50,889 nt of DNA from a virus (lineage: Duplodnaviria > Caudoviricetes): positions 1 through 50,889 of IMG/VR virus record IMGVR_UViG_3300020034_000026. One strand, written 5' to 3'. The notes beneath the pieces were generated by a model, which was given only the letters and a program-made list of their open reading frames with translations, made no database searches and was not told the origin of the DNA. Positions 36,861 through 45,744 of the stretch are shown piece by piece. How positions within the stretch are numbered: the first letter of the stretch is position 1; every line of letters starts with the position of its first letter. The translations under genes were made by a program, and so were the position numbers.

Positions 36861-38246
36861 ATGAACACCATCTCATCCCAGCTGTTGCCTCATCAAACCC
36901 AGGCCTTAGACTTCGCCCTCAATAAGATCTGTTCTGCTCTGTACCTTGAGCAAGGATTGGGCAAGACATGGGTAGCGGCTGGGATGATCGAGAAACTCAT
37001 AAACCAGGGTCTCATAGTATCTTACGATGTTCAGATACTAGTCATCTGCAACAAATCTAACTTGATATCTACCTGGGTCACTACACTTAAGAAGATTCAG
37101 GGACTTGATATCTACCTCAACTGGCCTGAGTTCAAAGATGCCTCCGGGCACAGAGTCTTGATTGTCAACTACGAGAAGATGATCGATCGACGGATGCCCG
37201 CGGGAATCATCAAGGGACTTGTCTCAAAGGTACAAAAAAGAACATTCGATTTGATCGTGTACGATGAGTGTCATCGCCTAAAAGATAGGGGCTCCAAGCA
37301 CTCAAGAGTCGCAGCACGCCTCAAGTCGATTTACAAGCTAGCCTTGAGTGGCACTCCCCTAGAGCAGAAACCAATGGATCTGTTCGGACAAATGCGGTTC
37401 CTGGATAAAGACCTATTAGGAACCTTCACACAGTTCTCCCAAGAGTTTCTCCGCCCCTGTGGTTACATGGGCATGGAATGGGAGATGCGTCCCACTAAAT
37501 ACAAAGCATTCAAAAACCTCATCTCTCCGCATATCTTGCGTATGACAAAGAAAGAGACTCTGAATCTCCCTGTGCTTACCATCAAGAAAGTACCTGTCCT
37601 ACTCCTAGGTAAGCAGCGCAAGATCTACAACGAGCTACGAGATGAAATGGTAGCTGATCTATCTAGGGGTCAAGTCACGGCACCCATGGCCATGACCAAG
37701 ATCCTACGCTTGCAGCAAGTCTGTGGCGGCTTCGTACCGAACGATGATGGAGACGTGATGACCACAGGGGAAGCGAAGCTCCGCAAGCTGGGCGTCCTAC
37801 TCAGGCGGCTCCCCTCCCCTGTGGTCATCTTCTGCCGCTTCCTGAGCGAGGTGAACGCTGTGCTGGGCTCCCTCAACGGCCACCAAAGGGACACCGGTCG
37901 AGCCTGGAAGATTGACGGCTCAGTGGGTGAGAAGGGTCGCGCGGAAATTCTACGTAAGTTTCAGGCTGGACAAGTTGACTACTTGGTCTGCCAGATCAAG
38001 ACAGGAGGGGTAGGGGTAGACTTGTATGCAGCTAACTCAGCCATCATCTACTCTCAGACTTGGTCCAGCATAGACAACGATCAGGCTATCTCGAGACTGC
38101 ATCGAATGATGCAGGAGAGACCAGTAACCATCTACAAGCTTGTGGCAGTGGATACCGTAGATGAGGATATCAACGATGCCATTGACTACAAGAGAGATGT
38201 TATCAAGTATGTACTCAAAGGACTAAACAAAACATGTCTAGGGTAA
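36861..38246 (+). CDS. SNF2-family helicase
   Basis: EQGLGKT, DECH, LSGTP, GGVGVDL and QAISRLHR motifs. Confidence 0.9.
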   Translation: MNTISSQLLPHQTQALDFALNKICSALYLEQGLGKTWVAAGMIEKLINQGLIVSYDVQILVICNKSNLISTWVTTLKKIQGLDIYLNWPEFKDASGHRVLIVNYEKMIDRRMPAGIIKGLVSKVQKRTFDLIVYDECHRLKDRGSKHSRVAARLKSIYKLALSGTPLEQKPMDLFGQMRFLDKDLLGTFTQFSQEFLRPCGYMGMEWEMRPTKYKAFKNLISPHILRMTKKETLNLPVLTIKKVPVLLLGKQRKIYNELRDEMVADLSRGQVTAPMAMTKILRLQQVCGGFVPNDDGDVMTTGEAKLRKLGVLLRRLPSPVVIFCRFLSEVNAVLGSLNGHQRDTGRAWKIDGSVGEKGRAEILRKFQAGQVDYLVCQIKTGGVGVDLYAANSAIIYSQTWSSIDNDQAISRLHRMMQERPVTIYKLVAVDTVDEDINDAIDYKRDVIKYVLKGLNKTCLG

Positions 38247-38491
38247 ACCCTGCAATCTATACAGTGGAAGACATAGCTAAGGTCTTGAAGATCGAACCTG
38301 TCACTGTCCGCTACAGACTTCGCAGTAAAGGAATCCTGAAGAATAAGGATACCGGTATGTATGGGTGGAATGATTGGGGAGAGTTCACCAAGGTGTGCAT
38401 CTTCCTTTCAGAAAACCTTGACTCAAACGTCAAGTTTATCGAGATGACAAAGAGACTGAAGTCCATCTACATAAAGCCAACCCCACCATGA
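38234..38491 (+). CDS. HTH DNA-binding protein
   Basis: YTVEDIAKVLKIEPVTVRYRLR. Confidence 0.7.
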   Translation: MSRVNPAIYTVEDIAKVLKIEPVTVRYRLRSKGILKNKDTGMYGWNDWGEFTKVCIFLSENLDSNVKFIEMTKRLKSIYIKPTPP

Positions 38492-38703
38492 AGGCTAATA
38501 CTCCTTACGTAGTGGAGAAAGGTACACCTCGAACCATTGGCTCTAGTGATTTTCGATACTTCATAGTGCATCAAAAATCGGATGCTACTGTAGTCTCCAC
38601 CTACAGTAAAGTTAATGCCGAGATGATTTGTGATGCCCTCAACTCCTTTGACCCAGATGGTGAAATCTACATGTCAAAGATCCGCAAGTGGAGCGATCTG
38701 TGA
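38488..38703 (+). CDS. Hypothetical protein
   Basis: Coupled ORF; AEMICDALN motif. Confidence 0.55.
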   Translation: MKANTPYVVEKGTPRTIGSSDFRYFIVHQKSDATVVSTYSKVNAEMICDALNSFDPDGEIYMSKIRKWSDL

Positions 38704-38942
38704 TTTGCATCCGCTGCGGTAAGGGTGAGGCAAGTGTGATGGACACACGTAATAGGGTAGCTCCGAGTCCATACGTCTATCGCCACAGAACGTGTGATGA
38801 GTGCGGACACAAGTTTCAGACTATCGAGATCCCCATCGATACGATCTCGGGTGTGGTCACCATCCCTGTCATGGGGCTTCCCAAGGGAAAGCGCCCAGCC
38901 TCTGGTGTACCCATTCTGATCGTAGACCCGCCAGAGAAGTAG
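38700..38942 (+). CDS. NrdR-like zinc-ribbon protein
   Basis: CIRCG...VMDTR...RHRTCDECGHKFQTIE. Confidence 0.7.
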   Translation: MICIRCGKGEASVMDTRNRVAPSPYVYRHRTCDECGHKFQTIEIPIDTISGVVTIPVMGLPKGKRPASGVPILIVDPPEK

Positions 38943-38953
38943 TACCCATACCC

Positions 38954-39295
38954 ATGCCTCCCAATGCAGACGCTGTCATCATGCGATTGATCAGGTACGT
39001 ACACAACCACAGGGGGGTGCATGATTTCTGCAGCGTCAAGGATTGCTGGCTACTCAGCAAGCTTTCGAACCTGGCGGAGACAGCGCGCATGGTGGGCAGC
39101 AACGAGCGTCAAGACGATATCGTCAAGTGGCTACACAGCATCGGTCAAGAGGAGATAGCCGCAAGAATCGACGAGCATATGTTCAGTCGAGACTTTCAAA
39201 AATACAATGAAATCGGATCCGAGAAAGTCATCGTTGACTCATCAATCACAGATCTAAACAGACCAGAAAAAGGCAAAGGCGCAGACGAACCATGA
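38954..39295 (+). CDS. Hypothetical protein
   Basis: Start MPPNADA; ATGA-coupled to the next gene. Confidence 0.5.
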   Translation: MPPNADAVIMRLIRYVHNHRGVHDFCSVKDCWLLSKLSNLAETARMVGSNERQDDIVKWLHSIGQEEIAARIDEHMFSRDFQKYNEIGSEKVIVDSSITDLNRPEKGKGADEP

Positions 39296-40413
39296 TGGAT
39301 GATCCTCAAGAGTATGAGCTTATCAAGGTTGGATACGTTGCTCACCCCGTGTCTGGCAACGTTGAACAGAACTTGGCTAACATGGATCGTTGGCTGCGAT
39401 GGCTAGTTGCTGCTCATGACGATTGGGGTTTCTGCATCCCCTGGTATGCCTACGTATCAGCATTCATGGGATGGGAGTCCCTCTATCGTAATACGGGAAT
39501 GAGAGATGACAAAGCCATCCTCATTCGATGCGACGCTATCTTCCTGGTAGGGGGAAGGATCAGCGACGGCATGAAGGAGGAACTCGACGTTGCAATCTAT
39601 AACAGGATGGATATCTACGACTATACTCACTTGGGTACCTACCCACCTGATGCCAATCCTAGACCTAGGCCTAGACCCAATATACAGATTTCAAGTCAAA
39701 CTCTTGTTCCTGGATCCCTAGAGTCTGAGGCTGTATCAATTACTCTGGGGGGCATTACCAGCAACATCAAATACAACATCGATACACCACAGGAGCAACC
39801 CATGCCAGTTATTGCGCCGTTAGGCCACACCTTGATCCCCATCTCTTTTGACGACCTGCGAAGGGCATCGAAATGGAGACTCCCCCTGTTCAAGAATCGA
39901 CGAGGGGGGCTAGCTCACTCCAAGCCGGACGGCTCCGACTGGACCATCTCTCAGTGGCTGCAGGCAGTGCTCGGGGAGCTGGGTGAGTTTGCCAACCTGC
40001 ACAAAAAGTTCTTCCGGGGAGACTTCCAGGATGAACAGGAATTCTTGCTTCAAGCTGGCAAGGAGCTGGCAGACATCGTCATCTATCTAGATATCCTGGC
40101 GATGCAACTCACCCTAGATCTTGGGCGTGAGGTAGCAGCCAAGTTCAATGAGGTGTCTGAACGCATCGGCTGCAACATCTTCCTAGGGACCCCCACCCTG
40201 AACACAGAGAGCGAAGCCCAGAGAATAAAAGATGCAGCCTATGCAGACATGGCCAAAAAAGAGCAAGCATTGGTCAAAGAAGTGGCCGCCTGCAATAATC
40301 GGATCATGGAACTTGCACAAGAAAATGACAGGATAAAGACAGAACTACTCTTCCAAAGCAATAAAGCAAAACTCTTGGGTGATGTAATCGCAGATCTCAG
40401 ACCCGATACCTAG
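39292..40413 (+). CDS. Fusion: nucleoside-deoxyribosyltransferase-like (DUF4406-type) domain + MazG-like NTP pyrophosphohydrolase + coiled coil
   Basis: YVAHP...RCDAIFLVGGRISDGMKEE; GELGEFANLHKK...KELADIVIYLDILA. Confidence 0.7.
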   Translation: MMDDPQEYELIKVGYVAHPVSGNVEQNLANMDRWLRWLVAAHDDWGFCIPWYAYVSAFMGWESLYRNTGMRDDKAILIRCDAIFLVGGRISDGMKEELDVAIYNRMDIYDYTHLGTYPPDANPRPRPRPNIQISSQTLVPGSLESEAVSITLGGITSNIKYNIDTPQEQPMPVIAPLGHTLIPISFDDLRRASKWRLPLFKNRRGGLAHSKPDGSDWTISQWLQAVLGELGEFANLHKKFFRGDFQDEQEFLLQAGKELADIVIYLDILAMQLTLDLGREVAAKFNEVSERIGCNIFLGTPTLNTESEAQRIKDAAYADMAKKEQALVKEVAACNNRIMELAQENDRIKTELLFQSNKAKLLGDVIADLRPDT

Positions 40414-40424
40414 GATGACCTAGG

Positions 40425-40946
40425 ATGAAAAACAAAATCAAGATTCGTAGAACAATGGCTAGTGTTAAATTGACACTCTCGTGTGGGCATTACATCATCT
40501 ATTCATCCATTTTGACCATCCCAGAATTCATCACCATGAAATGCGGGAATCCGAAATGCATCAAGAGAGCACTGAGAAAGCAAAGGAATAGAGATAGGAT
40601 CTCGGCAATCTTGACTCAAGGTAGAGTGAGCATCCTACTAGGTACAGTGGCGGCTATCTTTATGTACCTAAACCAAGGACTCACCCCATACGTCATGTCC
40701 AAAGTATGGCTGATGTCTGTAGGTATCTCTGCAATAGTATGTTGTAGGTTCAAGAAACTTCCGTGGGGTAGTGGGTGGCACGGTCTTGGGGGACCTGTAC
40801 CGATGTCTAGACTGAATCCCTACCCTGTCGCAAGAATACAAAGAATGGGAGCAAGATGGCCAATCGTCCGGTACCTCCGGGGGTACCCAAGAAACGAGTT
40901 CACAAAACCACGTCAACTGAATGGCCGCCACAGGAGAGGTTGTTGA
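40425..40946 (+). CDS. Basic membrane protein, holin candidate
   Basis: Two hydrophobic segments; directly upstream of the endolysin. Confidence 0.4.
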   Translation: MKNKIKIRRTMASVKLTLSCGHYIIYSSILTIPEFITMKCGNPKCIKRALRKQRNRDRISAILTQGRVSILLGTVAAIFMYLNQGLTPYVMSKVWLMSVGISAIVCCRFKKLPWGSGWHGLGGPVPMSRLNPYPVARIQRMGARWPIVRYLRGYPRNEFTKPRQLNGRHRRGC

Positions 40947-40960
40947 AGCAAGGAAGTGAC

Positions 40961-41716
40961 ATGACCATCAATCTGAACATCTCTCCCATCGCCAATCAAG
41001 AGGATGACCTAGTCCCCGATAGGGAGCGCCGTAACTCTGTCTTTGGCCTGGCAGTCCATACCACAGGGGGAGGGATCTTAGAGGAGGCCAAAAAGGATGG
41101 CGTCAACATCCAAGGTCCAGATCTCATCTGGTATATCATCAAATACTATGCCAGGGCCAAGTACTCCTGCAACTACATCATTCACTACGATGGCAAGATC
41201 TATCAAGTCACTCACGATGATAGACGAGTCTCCCATATAGGTGTTGATGTTCCAGAGAGAGACAAGTATCTCTCTGGCAAGTGGATCACCCAGGTGCCAA
41301 AGACTCCCCTACTTCTGTGGCAAAAGACTTGGCAGGGAAAGTCAAGCCCCCAAGTTCTCTTCCCCAACCACTTCCCCAACGATGACTACGTCGGAGCCGA
41401 GATGCCGATCCTGGCCACGCCGCGAGCCAACGGGCTTCGCTACACGGACGAACAACACCACTCGGTCGCACGCCTGGCCATCGACCTGTGGCGACGCCAC
41501 GGCTGGCCCAGGGAGACCCTGGTGCAGGCCTCCAAGGACTCCCGGGCGCTCCCCTGTGGTCGCCTGCTGGGTCACGAGGACCTGGATGCCTTCGGGCGCT
41601 GGCAGGCGACCGGGGGGTGGGACCCAGGCGCTCTACGGCCGCGCCCCTGGTGGAGCTGGCCGCTGGTCCGGTTCTTCCTGCAACTGGAATTAGCCAACCA
41701 AACCCTTGCAACCTAG
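40961..41716 (+). CDS. Endolysin, N-acetylmuramoyl-L-alanine amidase (Amidase_2)
   Basis: AVHTTG, NYIIHYDGKIYQ, SHIG, N..VGAE, TDEQ and LLGHEDL...DPG motifs. Confidence 0.8.
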   Translation: MTINLNISPIANQEDDLVPDRERRNSVFGLAVHTTGGGILEEAKKDGVNIQGPDLIWYIIKYYARAKYSCNYIIHYDGKIYQVTHDDRRVSHIGVDVPERDKYLSGKWITQVPKTPLLLWQKTWQGKSSPQVLFPNHFPNDDYVGAEMPILATPRANGLRYTDEQHHSVARLAIDLWRRHGWPRETLVQASKDSRALPCGRLLGHEDLDAFGRWQATGGWDPGALRPRPWWSWPLVRFFLQLELANQTLAT

Positions 41717-41787
41717 GGTCCAGCCGGCTATCCTATCAGGGCGGAAAACTCGGTGCTTTTGGCATGAGTACCGAGGCTCCTTCCCTC

Positions 41788-41840
41788 CTTTCCCTCCCTC
41801 TGGTTTACTGGCCTTTTCCAGGGGGAGGGAAAGACTTTTC
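41788..41840. terminator. Terminator hairpin between convergent transcription units
   Basis: CTTTCCCTCCCTCTGG...CCAGGGGGAGGGAAAG 16-bp stem, then ACTTTTC. Confidence 0.65.
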
Positions 41841-41850
41841 TACCTCTACT

Positions 41851-42156
41851 CTACTTCTCTGAAGATGACGGAGGGTGAGTAGGCGATGGAGACTTCTTTC
41901 CCTTCGAAGTCTCTCGCCTGAGGCTCTCGGCAACGGCAGGATCAACATCTTGAGTTTGCTTGCTGGAGTTCCGCAGGCCCTCAAGATAGTTGTTCGCCTC
42001 TTGCTGAGTAGTGAACTGGGGCTCGGGGCTCAGGCTTTCCCCAGAGTCCGTGTCATAGACTTCGTATCTCTGATTAACATTGATACGAGTGTCCATCGGC
42101 TTTTCCTTGAGAGCTTGGGCCTCTTGTGCAGACGCTTCCCTCTTGTCCTTGTCCAT
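41851..42156 (-). CDS. Hypothetical protein
   Basis: Last gene of the leftward block. Confidence 0.5.
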   Translation of the reverse strand: MDKDKREASAQEAQALKEKPMDTRINVNQRYEVYDTDSGESLSPEPQFTTQQEANNYLEGLRNSSKQTQDVDPAVAESLRRETSKGKKSPSPTHPPSSSEK

Positions 42157-42161
42157 CGATA

Positions 42162-42596
42162 TCACCCTTTCTGAATGTATACAAAGATCCAGATGATCCC
42201 TAGGATTAGTCCTGCGATCATCAGTCCGATCATGAGATGAAAAGCTACAACAAAGTCTCGTAAGGTCTTTGTCAAAAGAGCCATATGACGTATCAACGTT
42301 CCCGTAGGAACGATGGTAGACGTCATCATCTTAGTTTCTCGATCGACCATCGGGGGTGAGGGATTCATCTGTCGTGTGGACTCTTGGCTAGGGCGCCCCC
42401 CCGCCGCAAGCGCCACCGCTTCCTCTGCTGCCCGGCTCATCACCCCCGCAGGTACCCGCTCAGGCAAGGCGAACAGGCTTCCGTCCCCGGCTACAGCTGT
42501 GCTGTACCCTGGTAGAGGCGGGGGTGGCAGGGGTGCAGGCGGGGGTACCGGAGGGGATGAGGGAGCGGGCGGGGGAAGCTTGGTGGTTTTTGCCAC
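42162..42596 (-). CDS. Pro-rich protein with C-terminal TM segment
   Basis: PPP tracts; FHLMIGLMIAGLILGIIWIFVYI. Confidence 0.55.
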   Translation of the reverse strand: MAKTTKLPPPAPSSPPVPPPAPLPPPPLPGYSTAVAGDGSLFALPERVPAGVMSRAAEEAVALAAGGRPSQESTRQMNPSPPMVDRETKMMTSTIVPTGTLIRHMALLTKTLRDFVVAFHLMIGLMIAGLILGIIWIFVYIQKG

Positions 42597-42598
42597 AC

Positions 42599-42841
42599 CT
42601 AGTTCTCTTCCTCTTCGCTGTCATCAGCAACACTGGTCGAGCGCAGGCTCTCCAGAGTTCTCATCAGCCTAGCCCGAGTGGACAGAAGATCATCGGTGAT
42701 CTCTGGATAGTCGTCTGCCAGTGACGTGCTGATTTTGCGAAGCATTTCCTCCATTTGGAGGATCTGCGCACCTGCGATTATCAGCCTGGCATCATGCGGG
42801 GATGTTGCCATGCTGAGCCCCATGTCGATCAAGTCCAGCAT
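42599..42841 (-). CDS. Hypothetical protein
   Basis: 80-aa helical ORF. Confidence 0.5.
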   Translation of the reverse strand: MLDLIDMGLSMATSPHDARLIIAGAQILQMEEMLRKISTSLADDYPEITDDLLSTRARLMRTLESLRSTSVADDSEEEEN

Positions 42842-42895
42842 TTGAGCATGTATTACCCCACCACAGGGGTATTGCGCAAGCTGAAAAATGAATCG

Positions 42896-43291
42896 TCATC
42901 CGCAAGTTTTTGATAATAACAACATAGAAAGAATCGTTAAGCACACAAGTATAAAGCCTCTAGTATGCCGACAAATTCTTTCTAATCCTTGAATCTGCAT
43001 GAATATCGAATTGCATCGATCGCTCATGACTCCGGCTACTCTCTCAAGACTCTGCTGAGATACCATGCCAGGCAAAGGCATTATCACAGGTACATCACTT
43101 ACATTACTTACATCACTTACCTCAGTCACTACCTCTGCATCATCTACAGCTGGCCACGTATCACTCTCTGTAGGAGATGATAAGGATGGGGGTGGTAAAG
43201 GTAAGGATATCCTTGTCATCTTAGAACCCTTGGAGTAGTACTCAACAGCCCCTTTAAGGCCCCTCTGGAAAGAGTATCTACTCCTAGCCAC
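42896..43291 (-). CDS. Hypothetical protein with C-terminal TM segment
   Basis: AT-rich ORF with VS(D/N) 9-bp tandem repeats and a hydrophobic C-terminus. Confidence 0.45.
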   Translation of the reverse strand: MARSRYSFQRGLKGAVEYYSKGSKMTRISLPLPPPSLSSPTESDTWPAVDDAEVVTEVSDVSNVSDVPVIMPLPGMVSQQSLERVAGVMSDRCNSIFMQIQGLERICRHTRGFILVCLTILSMLLLSKTCG

Positions 43292-43298
43292 CTTTACC

Positions 43299-43766
43299 TT
43301 ATAGCTTTCCTAGAGGAGGAAGCTTGACGGTAGTATTCTCGTTACCATTCTTTTTGGTAGCAACAGGAGTGGTAAGACTTTTCAGCTCAACCATCTCTGA
43401 AAGTTTCTTGGCGGCTTTGTCCATTCTGTCTGCCGCAGGTCCAGACAAGGAAGCCATGGCAGAGTTGAAGATTGCTTTACTATGGGAATCCCATAGGGAG
43501 ACAAAAATCTCATCCACAATCTTTCCGATCTGAGGGGTGAAAGTCCATCCTGCACCGATGATAGCCGCTTCCCCCCAGTTCAGGAATAGCTTGCGAGCTT
43601 CCGCCTTGTCGGTCGGCATGAATTGAACAACCTGAGAAAAGACGGCACGAGTCACTTTCTTGATCTGTTCGGTAGTGGCATCATGCTTTCTTTTCATGTA
43701 GTCAAACACTCTCTCTATAACCAGAGGAATGGGAATGAGTGAGAGTAGCCACTGAGGATCCATCAT
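43299..43766 (-). CDS. Hypothetical protein with N-terminal hydrophobic segment
   Basis: WLLSLIPIPLVI; ATGA-coupled. Confidence 0.55.
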   Translation of the reverse strand: MMDPQWLLSLIPIPLVIERVFDYMKRKHDATTEQIKKVTRAVFSQVVQFMPTDKAEARKLFLNWGEAAIIGAGWTFTPQIGKIVDEIFVSLWDSHSKAIFNSAMASLSGPAADRMDKAAKKLSEMVELKSLTTPVATKKNGNENTTVKLPPLGKL

Positions 43767-44209
43767 GGTTGCTTTACCTCCGGGGTAGGGGCTTGGGTGG
43801 GCGCTACAGGCAAGGGACTGGTAGGGGATGGGACAACCACAGGGGCCCGATTTGCTTTCTTCAAGCGACGAGCGTCTGCCTTCGGAAGATTGCGAGCTAG
43901 CACTGCTTTGATGATTGCAAGGTCGGCAATGATCGCATCGATCTTGTCACCCTGATCTTGATCTGTATCTTCCTTCGCTGCCTGATCTCTGATGATGCGC
44001 GTGCTAACGACCTTGGCTTGCTTGGCTACCGCATCCGTGTTGTCAAGTGACTCGTTCGTCTCGACGACTTTATCCTCAACCTTAGTGCTCTTGTAGTAAG
44101 CACCTCCACCGAGACCCCCTGCCCCTAGAAGAACACTAACGATAAAGACTGCCCAAGACTTCTTGACCGGTATGTAGAACGTCCGATCATTGTCTCTCTC
44201 AAACATCAT
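43763..44209 (-). CDS. Membrane-anchored coiled-coil protein (lysis/spanin candidate)
   Basis: WAVFIVSVLLGAGGLGGGAYY TM, coiled coil and Pro-rich tail. Confidence 0.5.
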   Translation of the reverse strand: MMFERDNDRTFYIPVKKSWAVFIVSVLLGAGGLGGGAYYKSTKVEDKVVETNESLDNTDAVAKQAKVVSTRIIRDQAAKEDTDQDQGDKIDAIIADLAIIKAVLARNLPKADARRLKKANRAPVVVPSPTSPLPVAPTQAPTPEVKQP

Positions 44210-45048
44210 GGATTCCGGGGGCGGTTCCATATGATAATAGCTCCTCGGATGATGTCTGCCGCAATCGCGGGAGCCTGGTACTCCATCTGGTAGACGCCAG
44301 GAATCAGCACAGTGTCGGGAAAGTTGAAAGTCCGCGGCCCCTCCCCTGTGGTTGACACAGTGATGGTCGAGACGATCGCGCTTCCGATTCCTCCGCTGTC
44401 GATCTTGTGCAATCTTAGGAGTCTGTTGCCAGCTTCATTGGCCTCACCATGAATGATGACGGACAACAGCTGGGCACCTTCCATGATTGGTACAGGGATA
44501 TGCAGGCGACCATTGTTGGCAACAAGCCACCCTCCTGCATCTACTCCTGTAGAAGTGAGGTAGGAGCAAGCTGCAGGAGTTGGAGTATTCATCATGCAGG
44601 CAGCGATACCCAGACGATCACTCACAGTGAAGTAATTGCGATCGGACTGGAGATCTCCACCAACATCCATGGGTCCAGCAAACTCGGCCCCACCGGTAGA
44701 GAACAGAAGTGCCCCATTCAGGATCGATATCTCATCATTGAAAGTAACGTTACCGTTGATCTCGACAGCATTCTCGAAACCACAGGGGCCCTGAACTTCA
44801 AGTTCTCCCTCAATGGCTAGGTTCCCGTCTCCGGTACCATCGGCATTGATGCTATGGTTCCCGAAGAGTACTCCATCCCGGAGGTACTCTTGCCACTGAA
44901 AATCCAGGTTGGCTAGCCAATTGAAGTACTCAGCTGGAGGTGCAACTTCACCGGCGAGCCATCCACTATCTTTCTTGATCGATGGGGGCTCAACGATCAG
45001 ACCCCCAACGTTTGCCCATCGTCCAACTTGTGTCGGCTTGACTGCCAT
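44206..45048 (-). CDS. Tail fibre/baseplate-attached protein
   Basis: KKDSGWLAGEVAPPAEYFNWL...QW N-terminal anchor motif; follows the DUF2612-like gene. Confidence 0.65.
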   Translation of the reverse strand: MAVKPTQVGRWANVGGLIVEPPSIKKDSGWLAGEVAPPAEYFNWLANLDFQWQEYLRDGVLFGNHSINADGTGDGNLAIEGELEVQGPCGFENAVEINGNVTFNDEISILNGALLFSTGGAEFAGPMDVGGDLQSDRNYFTVSDRLGIAACMMNTPTPAACSYLTSTGVDAGGWLVANNGRLHIPVPIMEGAQLLSVIIHGEANEAGNRLLRLHKIDSGGIGSAIVSTITVSTTGEGPRTFNFPDTVLIPGVYQMEYQAPAIAADIIRGAIIIWNRPRNP

Positions 45049-45072
45049 AGGTATCTATCTCCTTACCTAAAC

Positions 45073-45741
45073 TCAGTTGGAGCGGGCGCCCCCGAGAATG
45101 CCAGAATCGAATCCTGGGCCATCATTGAACGTAAACATGTCTTCTGTAGGAGCGGGTGAAAACTCCATGACTGTTCTCACCCCTGCTGAAGTAGCAGCAC
45201 CCAGGAACATGATGAGTTGATCCGCTTGTTCGACACCCACAATCATATCTGTGAAGTCGATCAGCTGAGTTGCCGGTGGTGAGATCGTGTAGACAAGAAT
45301 CCCGGCCCCACTAGACAACACAAGACGAGCTATATGGAGCAACTCTTCTGGTGTACCACTACTCTGATTGACCAGAATTCTGGCATTGATGAGATTGAGG
45401 TACTCTGGATCAGTCAACGTTCCACGATCTCGTTGTCCAACAATCCTACCGATGACATTCAGCTGTTCCCCTTCTGAAGTGGTAAGGGAACGGTTGTGAA
45501 GCATTTGGCAGAACATCTCTTCTATCTGTTGAACCGGTGCAATAAAAGCACTCAGCAGAGCTTGAATTTTGGGGCGACGGAATCTCTCAATCAGTCTTTC
45601 GAGGGCTTGAGCAGTGTGGTCATGGATGCAAAGATCAGCACCTATGACCACAGGGGGGATGTCATCGTCATCTCCACCACCAAGGGGACCGAACAGTCCG
45701 CCCCACTCGGAGAATCCCCAGTATCCGTCACCCCAGCTCAT
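45073..45741 (-). CDS. Baseplate wedge protein (DUF2612-like)
   Basis: GEQLNVIGRIVG...LTDPEY..LI.ARILVNQSSGT motif. Confidence 0.75.
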   Translation of the reverse strand: MSWGDGYWGFSEWGGLFGPLGGGDDDDIPPVVIGADLCIHDHTAQALERLIERFRRPKIQALLSAFIAPVQQIEEMFCQMLHNRSLTTSEGEQLNVIGRIVGQRDRGTLTDPEYLNLINARILVNQSSGTPEELLHIARLVLSSGAGILVYTISPPATQLIDFTDMIVGVEQADQLIMFLGAATSAGVRTVMEFSPAPTEDMFTFNDGPGFDSGILGGARSN

Positions 45742-45744
45742 TGG

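Noticed and set aside
31162-40413. Modified-base (Z, hmU, dU) genome
   Set aside because: PolA and MazG-like genes are present, but no PurZ, thymidylate-synthase-like, deaminase or glycosyltransferase gene was recognised.
40408-40428. 10-bp tandem duplication ACCTAGGATG at a gene junction
   Set aside because: Real but most simply local slippage; no function is supportable.
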